From: Phoronis australis | Taxonomy: Eukaryota > Animalia > Phoronida | Assembly (NCBI GenBank): GCA_002633005.1 | Contig: NMRA01000100.1 | Location: 827,822 to 891,821 of the forward strand | DNA length: 64,000 nt | Direction: 5' to 3' | Part shown: positions 25,028-40,105 of the stretch, one piece after another | Position numbering within the stretch: position 1 is the first letter of the stretch | Layout of the letters: each line of letters opens with the position of its first letter | Notes under the pieces: model-generated | Database searches by the model: none | What the model saw: only the letters and a program-made list of their open reading frames with translations | What the model was told of the DNA's origin: nothing | Program-made: the position numbers and the translations under genes

Positions 25028-28000
25028 AGAAGTAGCAGAGTATTCGAAACGTTTGAAACTGGTTTAAGTCACCAGACACAATTTATGTATGACGACGACA
25101 ATTGCCGATTTGTAATAAAATCACAAAAACACAACTTATTTTTGTTGTTTTATAGCTCTGGTCAAAGCTAATAATTTCAAGAAAATTTACTTCTCCAACA
25201 ATAATCCCCAAAATGTTTTTCTGGCCATGCTGTAAAATCGATGTTTCTTTAAATGCCAAAAATATGACCTTTGAACTCCCAACAAGACATGATAGTGTGA
25301 TATTTGTGGACTAGAAATGTATATGATAACCTAACAAACACAAAAGCAAAACAAAAGTACCCACTGAAATACAAAAATGTCTCATGGACAGAGGAGCTTT
25401 GAATAAAACATAAAGAATACAAAAATTCAAATTGTTCAATGAAGAACAAAAAAGAAAAAGGTAAACAAATACTGAGCTTAATCATACAAAAACTTATTGA
25501 AAATTGTACACTTGTGAATAAATATTTACATACATATAACAAAAAGGATAAAATTGTAATTATAAATTCTCCAAACTATAATTACATACAACAAAACCAA
25601 GAAACTGAAACAATGCCTCTCAGTCATTTACCAACAGCTAAAAATTATCTGGCACAAAATAGATCATATACTTGTAACGCCAGTGGGCATTAATTTTAGA
25701 AGAGCAGCATCATAGTAATCTTACAACAAAGAGATTTGTTCAATGTGTTATAATACCAAGAATTAAACTTTCATGAATGCTCTCTCAAGTTACACTTACA
25801 AAATATGACAAAGCCTATATTCACATACATTATTCAGAAGCATATAATCCAAGTTTCATGTATAAATGCATATTTTTGGTAGCCTATAAATGCGTTCCCA
25901 GCAGGTTCGGTAATTGTAATTAATTGTGTTTCAAATGTGGCATTTGAAGAAATCATGCACATAAGAGCTATTCCCATGTGAATGTTGGTGAAAACAATCC
26001 TTTGTATTTTTCAAGCAAATTTTCACTTTGAAAAATGTTTGCATTGGGACACGAATTTGCAGTGATTCCAAGTTTCATTAAACTTTTCTACTGGATTAAT
26101 ACTGAGAAAAACTATTCATGGCTACATGTTTGTTGATTCAATTAAAATTTTAATCATTTGTTTCAGAAGACCACCAGTGTTGGTGCATATACCGTATGTT
26201 GTACTGCAACAACTGTATAGTGTTGGTGTCTGCCAAATAGGGGTGACCGCTTGTGGAATTAATCCTTAAATATTTCTGGGACTCCAAAATACATCAGAAC
26301 AACACCATTGTGTAGCACAAAAACATTCACAAAGGAAAATGGTGATAGGCTACAAAACTACTCTACCCACTCCCGTGTGAACCATTACAAAAAGTCCGTT
26401 GTTTTGTTTATATTTCACAACCATTGTATCATCTTATCACCAATGGAAGCCTTAATATTGTGAATGAAAACAGAAAACTCCAAACACTCACACAGCCCCT
26501 CAGCACATTTTGGCTGACACTGTTGTTCTACTTTCTTCGCAGGGGACAGGTCTTGATAATCCATACAATAAAAAGCCCTCTTGTTCAACAGATTTTAAAA
26601 ATATGAAAATAAGTCATCTCATACATAAATGACACTGATACCAAGTTCATTAAAATCCTTCAAATATATATTTTTACCAGAGACTCTGAGGCAACTTTAT
26701 CCTTCAGATCACAGACACAATTCCCAAGCTTAGAGAACCTCTCAATAAATAGTGCTCTCTACCACATTTTTTGCCAGTTCAAAGGTCGGTCACTACTTGC
26801 ATCCCACATAGAAACATATAAAACATACCAACCAAGGGCTTGAGAACTGGTGTCCAACTGAAAAAAGGCACACTAATATGCAAGCTCATCAGCCCGCATT
26901 CACAAAACTTTTCAACTATAGGCCCATACATATGGGTGAATATGTCTACAGATAACACCAAGGATGCGTTTGTAGACTTAAGACGCTCAAAAGAAAAGCT
27001 AGTGTGTTCATGCACTTCAGTTTTAACTTCTAGTCATGCATGATTTTGTGTTTTCACGGGTTCCTTGGGTCTACGGGTTAAGTTCAGTTCATAGATTCTT
27101 CATTGACTAAATGGTCTCACTATATTTGTGGGTGGCCACACATTTTCAAATGGTATGTAAATAACAATATTAATGATCTGCATTGATAAAGACCAAGAGA
27201 GGGTATTCAATGGTTGACATGCCACGAAGACTACAGTATAGAAATCTTAGGACAAAAATGAAATTACTAATTTCGTCATAACTGTATTTAATTTTAGAGG
27301 CTTACTACACCACTGAAAATGTTGTTTGGCGTCATATACAAACTGAGCTAAAAACTAAGTAAAATTTCCTGAAAACTTATTTTTGTTGAGAAATTTTACA
27401 ATTTATAGAATTTCACATGTCCAATACCCATGTCCCAAACTGAAGATTTTTTATGCTGCATGGAACATGATTGTCTTCATGTGTTTTATGCACTATGCAC
27501 CATTCTGTTTGTTTTCATAAAAAACGGCTCATTTAGCCTTCCTTGTAAAAACAACAAGGCAGGGTTGAAGAGGAAGAACAACACAGCTTTGTTCTTATGA
27601 TTGAACCTTTAAACGAGATACAATGGTTGATTTTTGTGGTCGATTGATTTAAAAAGCAGCCCCTGGCACTACACTCCACCATGTCACTTGTGGTGCTATA
27701 GCCATTGTGAAGAGCTCATTTAAGGATAGCTACAGGTTATATGAGAAGATACTGGTGGAAAAAATAAACACAACACCTCCCCCTCTTAGGATACTCAGTG
27801 TGGTAGGTGAAGGCATGTCAACTAGGGACAAGGCTCATCTTTCTATATAACTCCCTCCCCATGATGATACTTTTTATAAATAATAATCACATGGTTACTA
27901 TGATAGTATTGGCGATTCTGAACAAGACTAACAATAATAATAACATTGAAAATGAAACTTAATATTTGCCATATGAAAATAACATTTCATGACACAATCA

Positions 28001-31000
28001 TCGCTTGATAACTATGATATGAATAATTTTAAAAAACAAAGCGGTTCTCGCATTTTGAAAGTTGGGTTTCTCCAATGAATAACGGGTATCAAATTGGTTA
28101 TCAAAATCCAGGACACTCCGTCAGTGAATAAACTGACCATAAAAAGAAAGGCATCAAGTGAAAACAAAAGTTTGTGAATGAACTTCTCCTAAGACACTCT
28201 GCTTAGGATTATCTGCCTAGACACACGCCATATCATTTTTGCGTGGAAATTCTTCATCATTTGCCAGCTTGTTCCACTGCAAGCTGATAGTGTAAAGACG
28301 AGTGTTGTCGACTAATTACCTCATATTCACCTGTAGCCACATAACTGTAGCAGACAGGTGCTACCTGCCCATAATCAGTTAGACGGTTGACTCCAGACTT
28401 GCTAGAAGCTAGAGTGATAATTAATATCTGGTTATCTCTGGTATAGGCAAGTTGCCTCAGCAGAGATGACTTGTCATTTTTTTCATGAATGCACACGCAG
28501 TGATCAGCACCTGTCTCAAAACTCCAGACCAGAAGGAATGTCCAAAGACCTTCATTATGGCTCAATTGTTCGTGCGAATGGCACTGTCCCCAGCTACAAA
28601 ACTATCCTCTCCAGGGGGCTATTAGAGGACCTTGCGGGAGACAAAGCTATGTAGGGCCTTGGAAACTAACAAGGCCCAGCCACTTAGCATAAATAACATC
28701 TGATGTAAGTTGTTAAGAAATTGACAAAACTAAACAAAATTTAAGCTTATCCATCTTTGCAAAAAGTCAGTTGAAACTTGCTTGTGTTTAACATTTCATG
28801 AAACCTATAAATCTGATGAGGAATTCCTAATCACTCACTTCCCATGGCCTGTTCACAGCACAGTTAAGAAGCAAGGATTTGGTGTAGATTGCAGCATATT
28901 TCCCTATCAGAAATGGTCTTACTGTCATACTTTAGTATGTACCCGATCCCATGAACAATATTCACAGCAAAGACTATGACACCAAACAATTACATACGGT
29001 AAACCTCACGAATTCAGACAGAAATAATTGATCTCTTTTGTCGTTCCAGTGTTTATTGGCTACTAGTTATATTTTATGAAAAAACAATTTCACAATTGAG
29101 TCTTCAATCAGTGGAATTGTACTGTACCGGACAATTACGTATGTGCAACACCTACGTAACTTTACGTGAGACTTTTTAAGTCTTTCCACTAGATTTAGAT
29201 CAGGAGTTTTGGAATTGAAGGTTATGAAAACAAACTCATCTAACATCAAACAACTTTTGCAGCATTTTCATTCCTCAAGTGTCTTGCCTAAAGAAATGTT
29301 AGCAGTTGAAAATTAAGAACAATAAATGCCACCAGCAAGTGAAAGGCAACTAGATGTCTCTTCCTCTGTCTAGACAAACCCTGTACATGTTGGAATACTC
29401 TTGCAATTTATTGGCCAGAGGATGTAATGAAAACACTTAATTTCAGGCTTAATTTGTGTGGCAAGCACTTGTGATTTCCTGCTCAAATTCTGGCCTCAAG
29501 TCAAAACCCATTAATGACTCTGATTTCAGATCTGAACTAATGAGGTACCTCTGTCTTGCCCAAGCTTTAGTCATATAAGGTAACCAGAGATATCGAATCG
29601 TCCAGTGCGACATACCCAAAAACTTGATAAGCGAAAGCATTTTGTCATATTGTTTTTCAAGAAACCTGTTGCTCAAGACAAGATGTCAGAGTTCTCTAAG
29701 ACGAGTAGGAGCAAGGTGGATTTTGTTCAATAGGCATTACCGGACAAAGGAGTGTCCATGTAAACTAAAGAAACATTTCGGTAAAGCATACTAAAAGAAC
29801 GAATTATGAAATTGTAAAAAATGAAAGTTACACCAGGTGAACATGTCAAACAAATGTAATTTCAACATTTTTGTCATGAGTTGTCATATTAGGAAACACA
29901 TTTCCCAAGTTCCCTATTTTTGACAAATATTTGTGGTAGGAAAACAAAGTTTGAACAGACATTAAGTTGCATGCATACTTAGCATTAATTTGTTAAAAAA
30001 TGTTCTCCGATGCCATAACTTCTGACACACAAACTACAAAATGCACTGTTAACATTTCACAGGCAATACATTGTTAGGTTTGTAACAAGACCAAATGAAA
30101 TTGCCAATAGGAATTCATGTCATCAGATCATATTGGTGAAGTATAATGAAAACAGGAAATATTTCAAATTGATGTCCCATTCCAGTGTGTTATCAGTCAG
30201 TTCCAGGCCATTACAACATCCCATCCTCTCTATATACAGACAGCAACAGACTGACAAGGGACAAGATGAAAGGAATTAATCACTATTGCCCAATACACAT
30301 CTGGTGGCAATGGCTCATTAGGGCCACCACAGCAATGTAATCACAGTCATAAACTGTTTGGCCATTTCCAGTGCAGGAAGACTTGTGTGTATTGACCATG
30401 TGCACTGACTGGATACACATAAGACCAGTTTACAATAAACACAACTTATAAACACATATTAGTACATGTGGACAAAGGAGATAATCCCTAAAGACTCCAG
30501 CAATCAACCAGCAAATATTGGGACAGGCTCCAGCAAGCAGGCTGATTAGTAGATAATGACTGTCTTGCAGTATGAGGCAATAAAGATTGGGAACATTTGG
30601 AGGAGACTTGATGATTTGTGGTCAAAGGATTCAGATAAAGGTGGCATCAGTTGTGATTAAAACCTGTCTACAGTCCTGAATGCTGGATTGCAAACTGGCT
30701 GTAGGAACAAAACACCACAAACTCTAGAATAAACAGTATAACTACTCCATTACTAAGCTTTCATAACAGACTTAAATTTTGGGACTCAAGACCAAACATT
30801 ACTAATGACACCAGTCTGTAGGGCTACTGCCACTAGACTTTAGTTATTCTTATTTCAAGATGTTTTGAAATGATTTGAACCAGCTCTTAACGAGCAGAGA
30901 AGGGCTGATGACAGATGGAAGGCACCTCCATAGCTATTGTTGGAAATTCAAAATGGGCATGAACACCCCTAAAGATATGAAACGGAAAGCCTCTGAAGCA

Positions 31001-31480
31001 ATTAAAAGATACCATGAACACAAAAAGTCCAACAATAAGAAAGGAACATTAGAATCAAACAAAATCAGTTTTAGCTCACGGATTGCTACCAATGTTAATT
31101 AATCTTATTACAAACTAGACCAACACCTGACTGGATTGGACTTGTAAAACAGTGCCATTCAAATAAGGAGTATTACACAATAACTTGATATCATAGCACC
31201 TGTAGTACACCTGGTTCCAAGGTGTGTACACACTGCACTGACCACAGCTCATTACACCTGGTCACCAGAACACTGATTAGACACACTTGCCAACATACTT
31301 GCAACTGGTTACCCCCAGGTGGCTGCCAGAAAGAAAGTACGATAACACCTCATCAATTTTGGACAAAAATTACAGTTGCAATTATTCGTCTTTCATTTTT
31401 CAAGACTTCTCACATTGTTGTGAATGCTCACAGCTTCTCAAGACATTGTCTGATGGCAGCTATGGTATGTAACTTAGAAT

Positions 31481-31549
31481 CATGGGCGGTACAGCACTGA
31501 AAAAAGTGAGGGGCTATAGCCCCCCAGCACTCTATGCCCCCTCCCCATG
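31481..31549. mobile_element. 69-bp MITE with 5-bp TSD (AGAAT)
   Basis: agaat|CATGGG...CCCATG|agaat, with a GC-rich interior. Confidence 0.75.
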
Positions 31550-33160
31550 AGAATGACATAGTACCTATTTGGAGCTCATTTTTGAGAAAAATAAAATTCC
31601 AATGGTCAGCCATAATGTGTCCTATATTTGTGTCACGTACTTGCACACTTTGCTACTTCATCTGTAATTGCCCCCTCCCCCCCAACACTTGGGACTGTCT
31701 GAGAGCTTGAGCAAGACCCAGGTACTTTCAGCAAAAGAAGCAAAACATGATACATTCACAGAATTGCAAAACTTCTCCTGGAAAGCAGTGCTTGCACACT
31801 GAAAAGATGAACCCTCATTTACACCATAAAAAAACATTGCTTTAATTTTGAAGGTCATATTTGACGTAAACGTTGTGATATGGTATGCGAGGTAGATATC
31901 TATCAAACTCTCCTCATTCCAAATTAAAATGACAAGTATACACAGCTTTCCTGCAGAACCATGATCAGCCTACAGTTTTACAAACTACAGCCCAATGCGT
32001 CTCCCTTCTGGCAGGTTTTCTTCATTTGGAAAACACGGCTGCTCTTTAATCAGGGCCACATAATGTTAGTCATCAGCAGAGATATAAATATCCAGATTCA
32101 CTGTAATCTGTTATCATTTCAAGGATAAGCACATCTGAAATAACACCAGCCAGTTATAGTAACTTGTTTTACTGGTTCTCTAAAGATGAGGTGGTCAAAC
32201 GCATTTCATATTGGGTAATCCTTACATAATCGATTTAGTAAAACAGTATCCTTGTTTTGTTGCCTCCTGGCTTGGCTCTTGCAGTCATTTGTGCAATGTT
32301 TTTATTGACCAACACAGCTTACAAGGCAAATTGTTGTAATTCATGAAAAAATTAATTCAAAATGCCAATGAAATGAAATATACAGACAGTACTTTATGGC
32401 CATTTTTATAGGGACAAACATCTGTAAAAACCAGCACTTGATTTAGGCACTTTCTGTTATGAAATCAGTCTCAAATTGTTCCTTTCTCAGGTTAAAAATG
32501 ATCTCTAGGCTTGAGAACATCTGCCAGGTAGTTACTGCTTCACACCAGGCACACTAGTTGCTTGCCCACTGGACATTAGAGTACTCAAAGGAATTCCAGG
32601 CGAATTATTGTAACCAATTTTATTTCAAACAAAGGACAAGGCTACTACAAGGTTGCTTTTGAAGAGCAAGTACCCCTGCGAAGAAAGTTGAATGTTTCAA
32701 ACAGAAATGGTCAATAGTGGTTTAAATTAGACAGCAAATTCATGCAAAAGTTTGTCTAGGAAAGTTGCTAAGTAGGCCTGACTGGTAGCTGATATATTGG
32801 TTTACAATAGTCAAAACAAACTCTCCACAAAAGAACAACACTCTGATGAATTTGACATACAGTCCAAATTCAATAAGATGAGTTCTGTGATGCCCTGCTG
32901 AGTGAGATCATTAGGAAGGACACAAGAAATGAAATGAACTTTTTCTTAGCATATCCGTAAGATACTGTTATTCAGGCCTCTCCAAAGTTTTTCACAGAAA
33001 ACCATGAAAAAGTAGAAAAGACATTCACAAGAAGTAGGGAAAAGTGGAAAAAAGTAGAAGCAAGCGTTGCATATTAACAAGTTTAGTTTGTGAAATTGCA
33101 AAGCACATAAACTTCTACTAGATTATGCCCCAAAATTATAATCTGGAAAGAAATTGCAAT

Positions 33161-33182
33161 GCATATATATATATATATATGC
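33161..33182. repeat. (AT)n microsatellite
   Basis: gcatatatatatatatatatgc. Confidence 0.9.
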
Positions 33183-36100
33183 CTAAAAAATTGAATGAAT
33201 GAATGAAAATTCGACTGAAAGTAATCATAAAACTGAGAATACCCTTTTATGAACAGAAACTTCTAACAAATGATTACAAGCAATCTCCATCATCTACATT
33301 CTTTTCAGTGAAGGATGAACACATGACCAACTTTGAGAACCTTATTTCAAGCTGTCTTTTTGGAATACCACAGATAATGGTGTCAAAGACGAGCCATTGT
33401 TCAACTCCAACAGCCTGAAATTTAACTGATTAGTGAAAGGAGTCAGCATGATTATTCAATTTTATTCTGGTTCTTATAACTAGATGTTTTTCATTAGGTT
33501 AAATAAATTTACTCTGATTGACAAATCTTGACCAAAAAGGAAAAAGGAGGAATTTCAGTAAAAAGAGAGGAAAAGAAAGAAAATTAGGAATATCTCCAAA
33601 AAGTAAGAACACATGAAGCGTTGGGGGTCCTGGTTTATATCATATGGAGGTTATGAGTTAGTGTTGTGATTTGTCATTTTCACTTACTAGAGCTACACTT
33701 GCAAAAATGTGCAACGCTTTAAAGTCTACACAAACAACTTGGCATCGTAACAGCGGGCAATGCACTGTATAAAAGATAACCAGGTGACTTATTAAAAATT
33801 GTCAAAACTGACATGGTTCAAAGAAAGTTCATCATTACCGAAAAACACTTTAACAATCCCGGACATAGCAGACGGGCCCAGACGTAGTACCTGGCAACTG
33901 CAAGGTGACTTGTTCATTATCAGCAGGCAAATTCCAAAACTTAAGGGTGTACTAAAGGAGACAGGATCCCACACACTGTGAAGACTAGGAATTTGACAAA
34001 TCTTTCTAAAATATTCTCTGTTGACATGTCATCATCACCTGATTACCCAAACTTCAGTCTAAGCTGGGGGTATTTGAACAACTGCATACCTGGGTAGCAG
34101 GTAATAAAAGTGGCATACCTGGACACCAGTGCAATAAATGTGACAATTGTAAACCATAGTCTTATCATTAGTGTTGACTTTATAGAAACAATTCAGATTA
34201 TGAACTCTTAAATTACCACCAAAACATTAGTGCGGTATACGCAACAACAAGACATCTCAGATGGTTTATAAAGCACCCCACAGGAACTAATGTTGAGCTA
34301 GGATCAAAGACGAATGAGGGGATTTATGAATCTTTATCAGGTTACCACTTCAGTGTACCAGGTGAGATGACATGGCTGATTTAATAGTCAATAAATAAGT
34401 CAAGGGCTTTTAGATTGGCAACACTCAAAGGCAATAAAGTTCCACTTTCAGGTGCATATGGAGCACATAAACCTAATTTCTAAATGGGTTTGTGTGCACC
34501 TAAAATGGATTTATCATTACATAATAGTTTAGCAGCATTTTGCACTGCTTCCAAAGAATGCTGCTTCAGTCCAAGGACCTGTTTCTGTAAGATGCTATTG
34601 GCTATTGTCTTTTAACCTTAGATAAAAGTCAGTCTTTGGATGGTTTAAGCCTGTGAACACAAAGACAGACTAAGACTAAAAATCAGAAAATCTGTTAACA
34701 AAGGATACAAATCAAAGTTAAAAGACAGAAATCTGCAGTATGAAGACAAAAAAATCAACTTTTGGCTATTCATAGTCAGATTTCTGACTTTTGGCTGAAG
34801 TGAAAAGACAAACACCGATAGTCTCTTAACAGCAACATTCAACTCAATGAAATATATTCAACAACGTTTCAGGCATCAATCAATAGTTAGTTGTGTACAT
34901 AATAATAATTAATTACTGACAGAAAAAATACACGATATCAAGCAGCAACCATAGCTTTGTGTTATCTAAGCAGGGATGGGTTCCCAGCTACACTCAAGAA
35001 ATTAGCCTAAAAGTAAGATTTCACAGGACCATGCAAAATGACACAAGTGAAAGACGAGTGTTTCGCAAGAATTCCCAGCTAGCAAAATTGGAGGCCACTC
35101 ACTTAAGTAGTGATTGGTTGGTGAGGTTGGAATATTGGATTATGGGATATGGACAAGCCAGGAACGCATACATGACTGAAACACAGCATCTTGCACAGAG
35201 TGAGTATTACACTAATGAAAACCACTATGGGGGGTTTCCACAAAGAATGTAATTCTAGCAGAACAGTCATTGTTACCACATGTACAAAGTTTGTGGGTTC
35301 AGTGAAATTCAACCAACACAACTCCAAGAACCACACATCTATGATATAATACAGGCCACCCAGGGTCATATTCTCACCAATAAAACCAATCCATGTCAAT
35401 GAACCATGCCTACATTACATGAAGCGGAACAACAGAAAGTCCTGTTACACTTAAACCAGAGGCTCACATTCTCTAGAGTTACATCAGTGCTGTGGGGTGG
35501 CCACCAACTAACTTTTTAAAACCACCAGGACTTCGAAATCTGCCAAACACCAATTAATGAAATCAGAGTACTAAGAGTTAAAGAGATAATACATTCAGAG
35601 TTTATGCTAACAGGATAACGCTAGCTATCTAGATTTGAAAAAATAAACCATTTTAAAGTCCATTTTTCAAAAAATGGGTGTTCTATTATGACATGACAAT
35701 GGTGTCAAAACACATCTGCATGCCATATAGGGTGCTCAAACCACTGTCAATGACTGGTCAACTAAAACAATAGCCAGCGCAGACCATAATGTTTACATGA
35801 CAAGTTATGATGAATAACAGTTCCATAAATAACAACTGACAGCTTTCCCTCCAAGAACTCCTCAACATCAAAAACAGCAGTGCTCAACACATACATTTAT
35901 ACAGAACACTTCCACGTAACTTTTTATTTCGTTCTCAAATTTCACTTATACTACACCACTGCCCAAACTGATATCTGCATAATAGTCAAAGTGTCTATGA
36001 ACTCTCCTTCTCCAACACCTAAGTTGTCATCAACAGAATAATAAAACTGAGAAAAAATACAATCAAAATCAAAAATGCATTGGTAGTGTTCGATTTCTTT

Positions 36101-37392
36101 CATTCACAAAAATCATCGCAAAAATCTCTGCATGAGTCATTTCAGCATTTGCACAGGGGTGATGATTTGGTGACCACATAAATGAGAAAAAAACCCCACT
36201 GTTTATAATCTGTGTCAAAACCACAAGTGGGACCCGATTTCTCCATTTTTCCACGATGGATGAAGGTGAACCTTCGTCTCGCAAAAACTGCACCACCATC
36301 TTACATCGCAGCAAATTTTAACGATATGCCTATGTCAAAATTGTCAGTATATTATACTCAGCTATACTGTGAAGGAAGTTGATAGACAATCCACACAAAC
36401 TTAAACCAGACTTGTACCCTTCTATTATGGCCATAAACAATAAGGGTTATATTTACTAAATTACCGCATCTAATTTTGGCAGAATTTCCCAGGCATGTTT
36501 TAAATCAATCTGTCCGAGTGCCTTGACATGCACACGTACTACTTAAGAAAAAATGTGTTAAGAAATTCCAACACACTCAGAGTGCACAAAATTACAGGTG
36601 CAGCAACAGTTAGCAAGGATCATGACAAAAATTCCATAATTCCAAACACAGCCCATTGATTAATAGACATTTAGAGCACAATAAACATGCTTAGATTCAT
36701 GGAAACTCTCGAGTCTTTCACATAAGAAAGTTAGTTCTCCAAAACACAAAACTGAGAAATTTCACCCTTTTCTAGCAAGATTCCAGATCCCAAACTCAAT
36801 AACCCATCTAATATTAAGTTACACTTTTGTCTCCCGTATACTTAAATCCAGCAATTTTATGGTAGAAAATCATGACGAAAACCCGTAGAATACATGGAAA
36901 ACATGATACTAAGAGAGCTGAAAAACTACCTACCTATGTTCCTTTAGGACAACCTGTTACAAAGTCTTAACCAAAGAAACATGCTCCTTGACAAATTGTC
37001 TGCTAATGGCTGCCTTATACTTTAGAATAAAGTATTACTAGTTAAATGTATTGAGCAAGATAATTGTTACAGTCAATGTGACTGCAATAAATGACAGAGC
37101 TCAGGTTACCTTAGGAAATATTGAGTTATGCCCCTGGTGCCAACTTTGTTAACCGACACTAATAGGACAATTGGGAAAACAGCAAGGGGCGACCGAGTCG
37201 CATGCTAACAATGAACAGTTTTTTAAAGAAATTTGAATTCTTGGTCGATGATCTTTCCAGTGAAGGAACTCAAGAGGACTGAGTTTTATGAAACTATCTC
37301 ACGAATAGCACTACACTGGGTTAAATTCTTCATAAGAATTCTACGACTGGATCTCTCAAAGGTTCCAAAAAACACCAAATCACCCTCAATAC

Positions 37393-37473
37393 GGGAACAA
37401 AACAGAATGCACTCATACAAGGAACAAAACAGAATGCATTCATACAAGGAACAAAACAGAATGCAGTCATACA
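37393..37473. repeat. 27-bp tandem repeat, 3 copies
   Basis: ggaacaaaacagaatgcaNtcatacaa repeated three times. Confidence 0.95.
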
Positions 37474-39631
37474 AAAGTTTACTATGAATGTTTTGTTCTA
37501 ATTTCTCACTTCAGTCAATGTCAAATTTCAATGGTCATTTATAGTAAACCTGGGGCAAAAGATAGAACAAGTCAACCAAATAAAAATCATGTCAGCATAC
37601 ACTTGTGGGCCTTTTGTGACAGGAATTAAAGCATGAGTTGAATTTATTCTTAAATCTGTATATACAACTCTAATTGCGTCTGAAATACAAATTAGAGCGT
37701 GGCAACTTTTCATTTCTCATTTTGCACCATTATTGACCATATGGAGTTCACTGAATTCTTCTGAGGCGACACACGCTGTTGGAAAGTGGATTTGTTATAG
37801 CCTGGAGTTGGTGATTTTTTAAAAATTTATTACTATTGTATGCACAATTAAAACTTAAATTTTAAAACAGTAAAGTTAGCTTTGCTTAAGAAACAGTCAC
37901 AAGCCATTTTTGTGCTTTTTGTTTCAATGTCTCCGAGCAAAATTGACAAAAACAGGGGCATTTTGCTCCTAAGCTTGTCAAATTCAAACCTTACCTTTTA
38001 AAAGGTGTTTAGAAATGCTTATTTACACTCTAGGTTCTTTGTTGGTAGTTTTGGCCATAGTCTACCAGCACAGCTATTTAATTGACAATAGATTTGAGAT
38101 TAAGACAAGTAAGAGTTCAAACCACCCTGACAAAAACATATAGATGCCAATCAACTTAAGTAAACAATTGATCATAACATCATTAATCAAGACAGGCGTT
38201 CTAATTAGCTTAATTGAATCATTGCTATCTAATTACAGTAGACATTTGTCCATTTGATCTCAAAGGATCAGTTATGGTTTTCATCTAATCCTATGAAAAT
38301 CCTAAATCAATTAGAAAAATAATGTTCAGAAAAAATCCCTGGTCTTCCATCTTTCATCCAGGCATACCATAACAAAAACAACTGAAACAGTATAATTTCT
38401 TCACTTTCCAATACAATATGATGGAACAGTGAAATTTTATTTAATCAAAAATTTTCAACAGAAACAAAAAAGGAAGAAAACCACACTTAGGTATTTTCAG
38501 TTTATTTTGCGCAGCCGCCATCAACAAATATACGTATAATGAAATTTGAGCACATTTAACAATGCGGTGAGCTTTCAAAAATGGAAAAATGATAGGTTTT
38601 GATAATTATTTTTATTTGAATTAGACAAAACTTTACCATAATGCCAATATACTTTCTGTAATACCAGGTATATCTTCTTCATCCTAAGCCGGACCAGTAA
38701 AACACCTAGAGCAATGTTTGTCTAAGACGTCAGGTCTGCTATTTACAAACATTCCTCAAAATGCTTATTTATTGTAGTTTAAATTTCTATCTCCTGAGGC
38801 TAAAGGATAGTCTTCAGTAAGTGTAGAAGTATATGCTGCCAGGTGCTGTAGTTTATTTTGAATCAGCACATAGCAAAAAGGATCAAATAAGAAAATAATC
38901 ATCCTATTCCATGAACACACTGTGAGATATTCCAATTTATTTCCCTGCAGATTATTCACTGAACCTTAAACAATCTCCTATTAGCAACCTCAACATTTTT
39001 CTAATGACTGAGGTGTTCCAGTGAACCAAGAGAACAACAAACAAACTCAACACTTGTTGTACTACTTTTAAAGCTGCATTCGCCTTGTTAGCTGACTAAA
39101 GAAACAAAGCGCTTCGGTAAAGTATTAACTATTGCCAACTAAACAGCAGTGAAATGCACTGTAGCTTTAACTGCTCATTTGGAAAAAAGTTCCTGAACTG
39201 CACACTTTTCATTTGTTGATCTCTACAATGCATCATCAGTACCAGAGGCTTATTAGGCTGGTCTAGTTCATGAAGCTGCATTTCACTCAGTTTACCCGAC
39301 TAACATATAGGAAAACCCAATTAGACTTTTTACACTAAAAAAATCCAGTCTCATAATATTCCTTACCGAGACAGGATTCTATTTTTGTTACTATCAAGAA
39401 CTTCAAAACCATCAGAGAATAAGCTTCTAAATTTGGGTTTGTCAACCATAAAACTGTGAATTGGAACATGACCCATGTATGCAATGCCTCCGACCTGACT
39501 TATTAATGGAAACAGAATCCTGTCAGATAATGAATATTAGTTTTATGAGAGTAAAAGGCCTCAGTAATGAGATTTTCCTTCTGAGCCAGCAAAAAGGGAG
39601 TATTGCACCTTTAAGTGTAATTGTCACTCAC

Positions 39632-40105
39632 CTTACAACTTTGCTTCTGTCGTTTCAATAAAACTTTCATCCTTACGACCTGTCGTTTGAACTCTATCAG
39701 TCGGTCATTACAATGTTCGCACCATACTCCACCCCGTGACTTCTGTCTCCCCATCTGTGGCACACCAGCACCTCGAGCCCTCCCTGCCCGTGGACCTGGC
39801 CTTACGCCAGAGGTAGGCGGTCGCCCACATGGGGTTGGAGGTCGACCACCAGGGGTTGGAGGTCGACCACCAGGGGTTGGAGGCCGTCCACTTGGAGGAG
39901 GAGGTCGTCCCGAGACATTCTTGCCAGTGGGTAGCCTGGACCCATTCATTAGTCCAGTTGATCCTGATGGTCGCCCGCCACGCTGCTCCAAAGCTTGTTT
40001 TCCCTGTGCACTACAGTCTTCGTTGCTCTCTATTTTATTGCCAACAAGCCGTCCAACTGCCAAGCTTTCCATTTGCACTCCAGATGGCGAAGTAGTGAAC
40101 TCCAC
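39632..40105 (-). CDS. KIF26: KIF26A/B-like kinesin-11, coding exon 2 (Pro/Gly-rich linker and first CxxC-helix)
   Basis: Acceptor ttctcttcatcatag|GTG, donor AAG|gtgagt, 474 nt, phase 0-0. Encodes GVWCEHCNDRLIEFKRQVVRM, matching the recalled vertebrate KIF26B N-terminal motif GVWCENCNARLVELKRQAL. Confidence 0.9.
39808..39914 (-). repeat. Coding 21-bp tandem repeat (GRPPTPG-like, 5 copies) in KIF26 exon 2
   Basis: SGRPPPPSGRPPTPGGRPPTPGGRPPTPCGRPPTSG. Confidence 0.9.

Noticed and set aside
38775-38822. Second hammerhead-like string on the minus strand (CTGAAGA-CTATC...GATAG-AAA), and a similar one at ~53601
   Set aside because: No stem I/III pairing or intact GAAAC core; compatible with chance.
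9201-38959. Many 60-120-aa ORFs in the KIF26 intron as nested genes
   Set aside because: Mostly non-ATG starts, no recognisable domains and no consistent exon chains; expected by chance.
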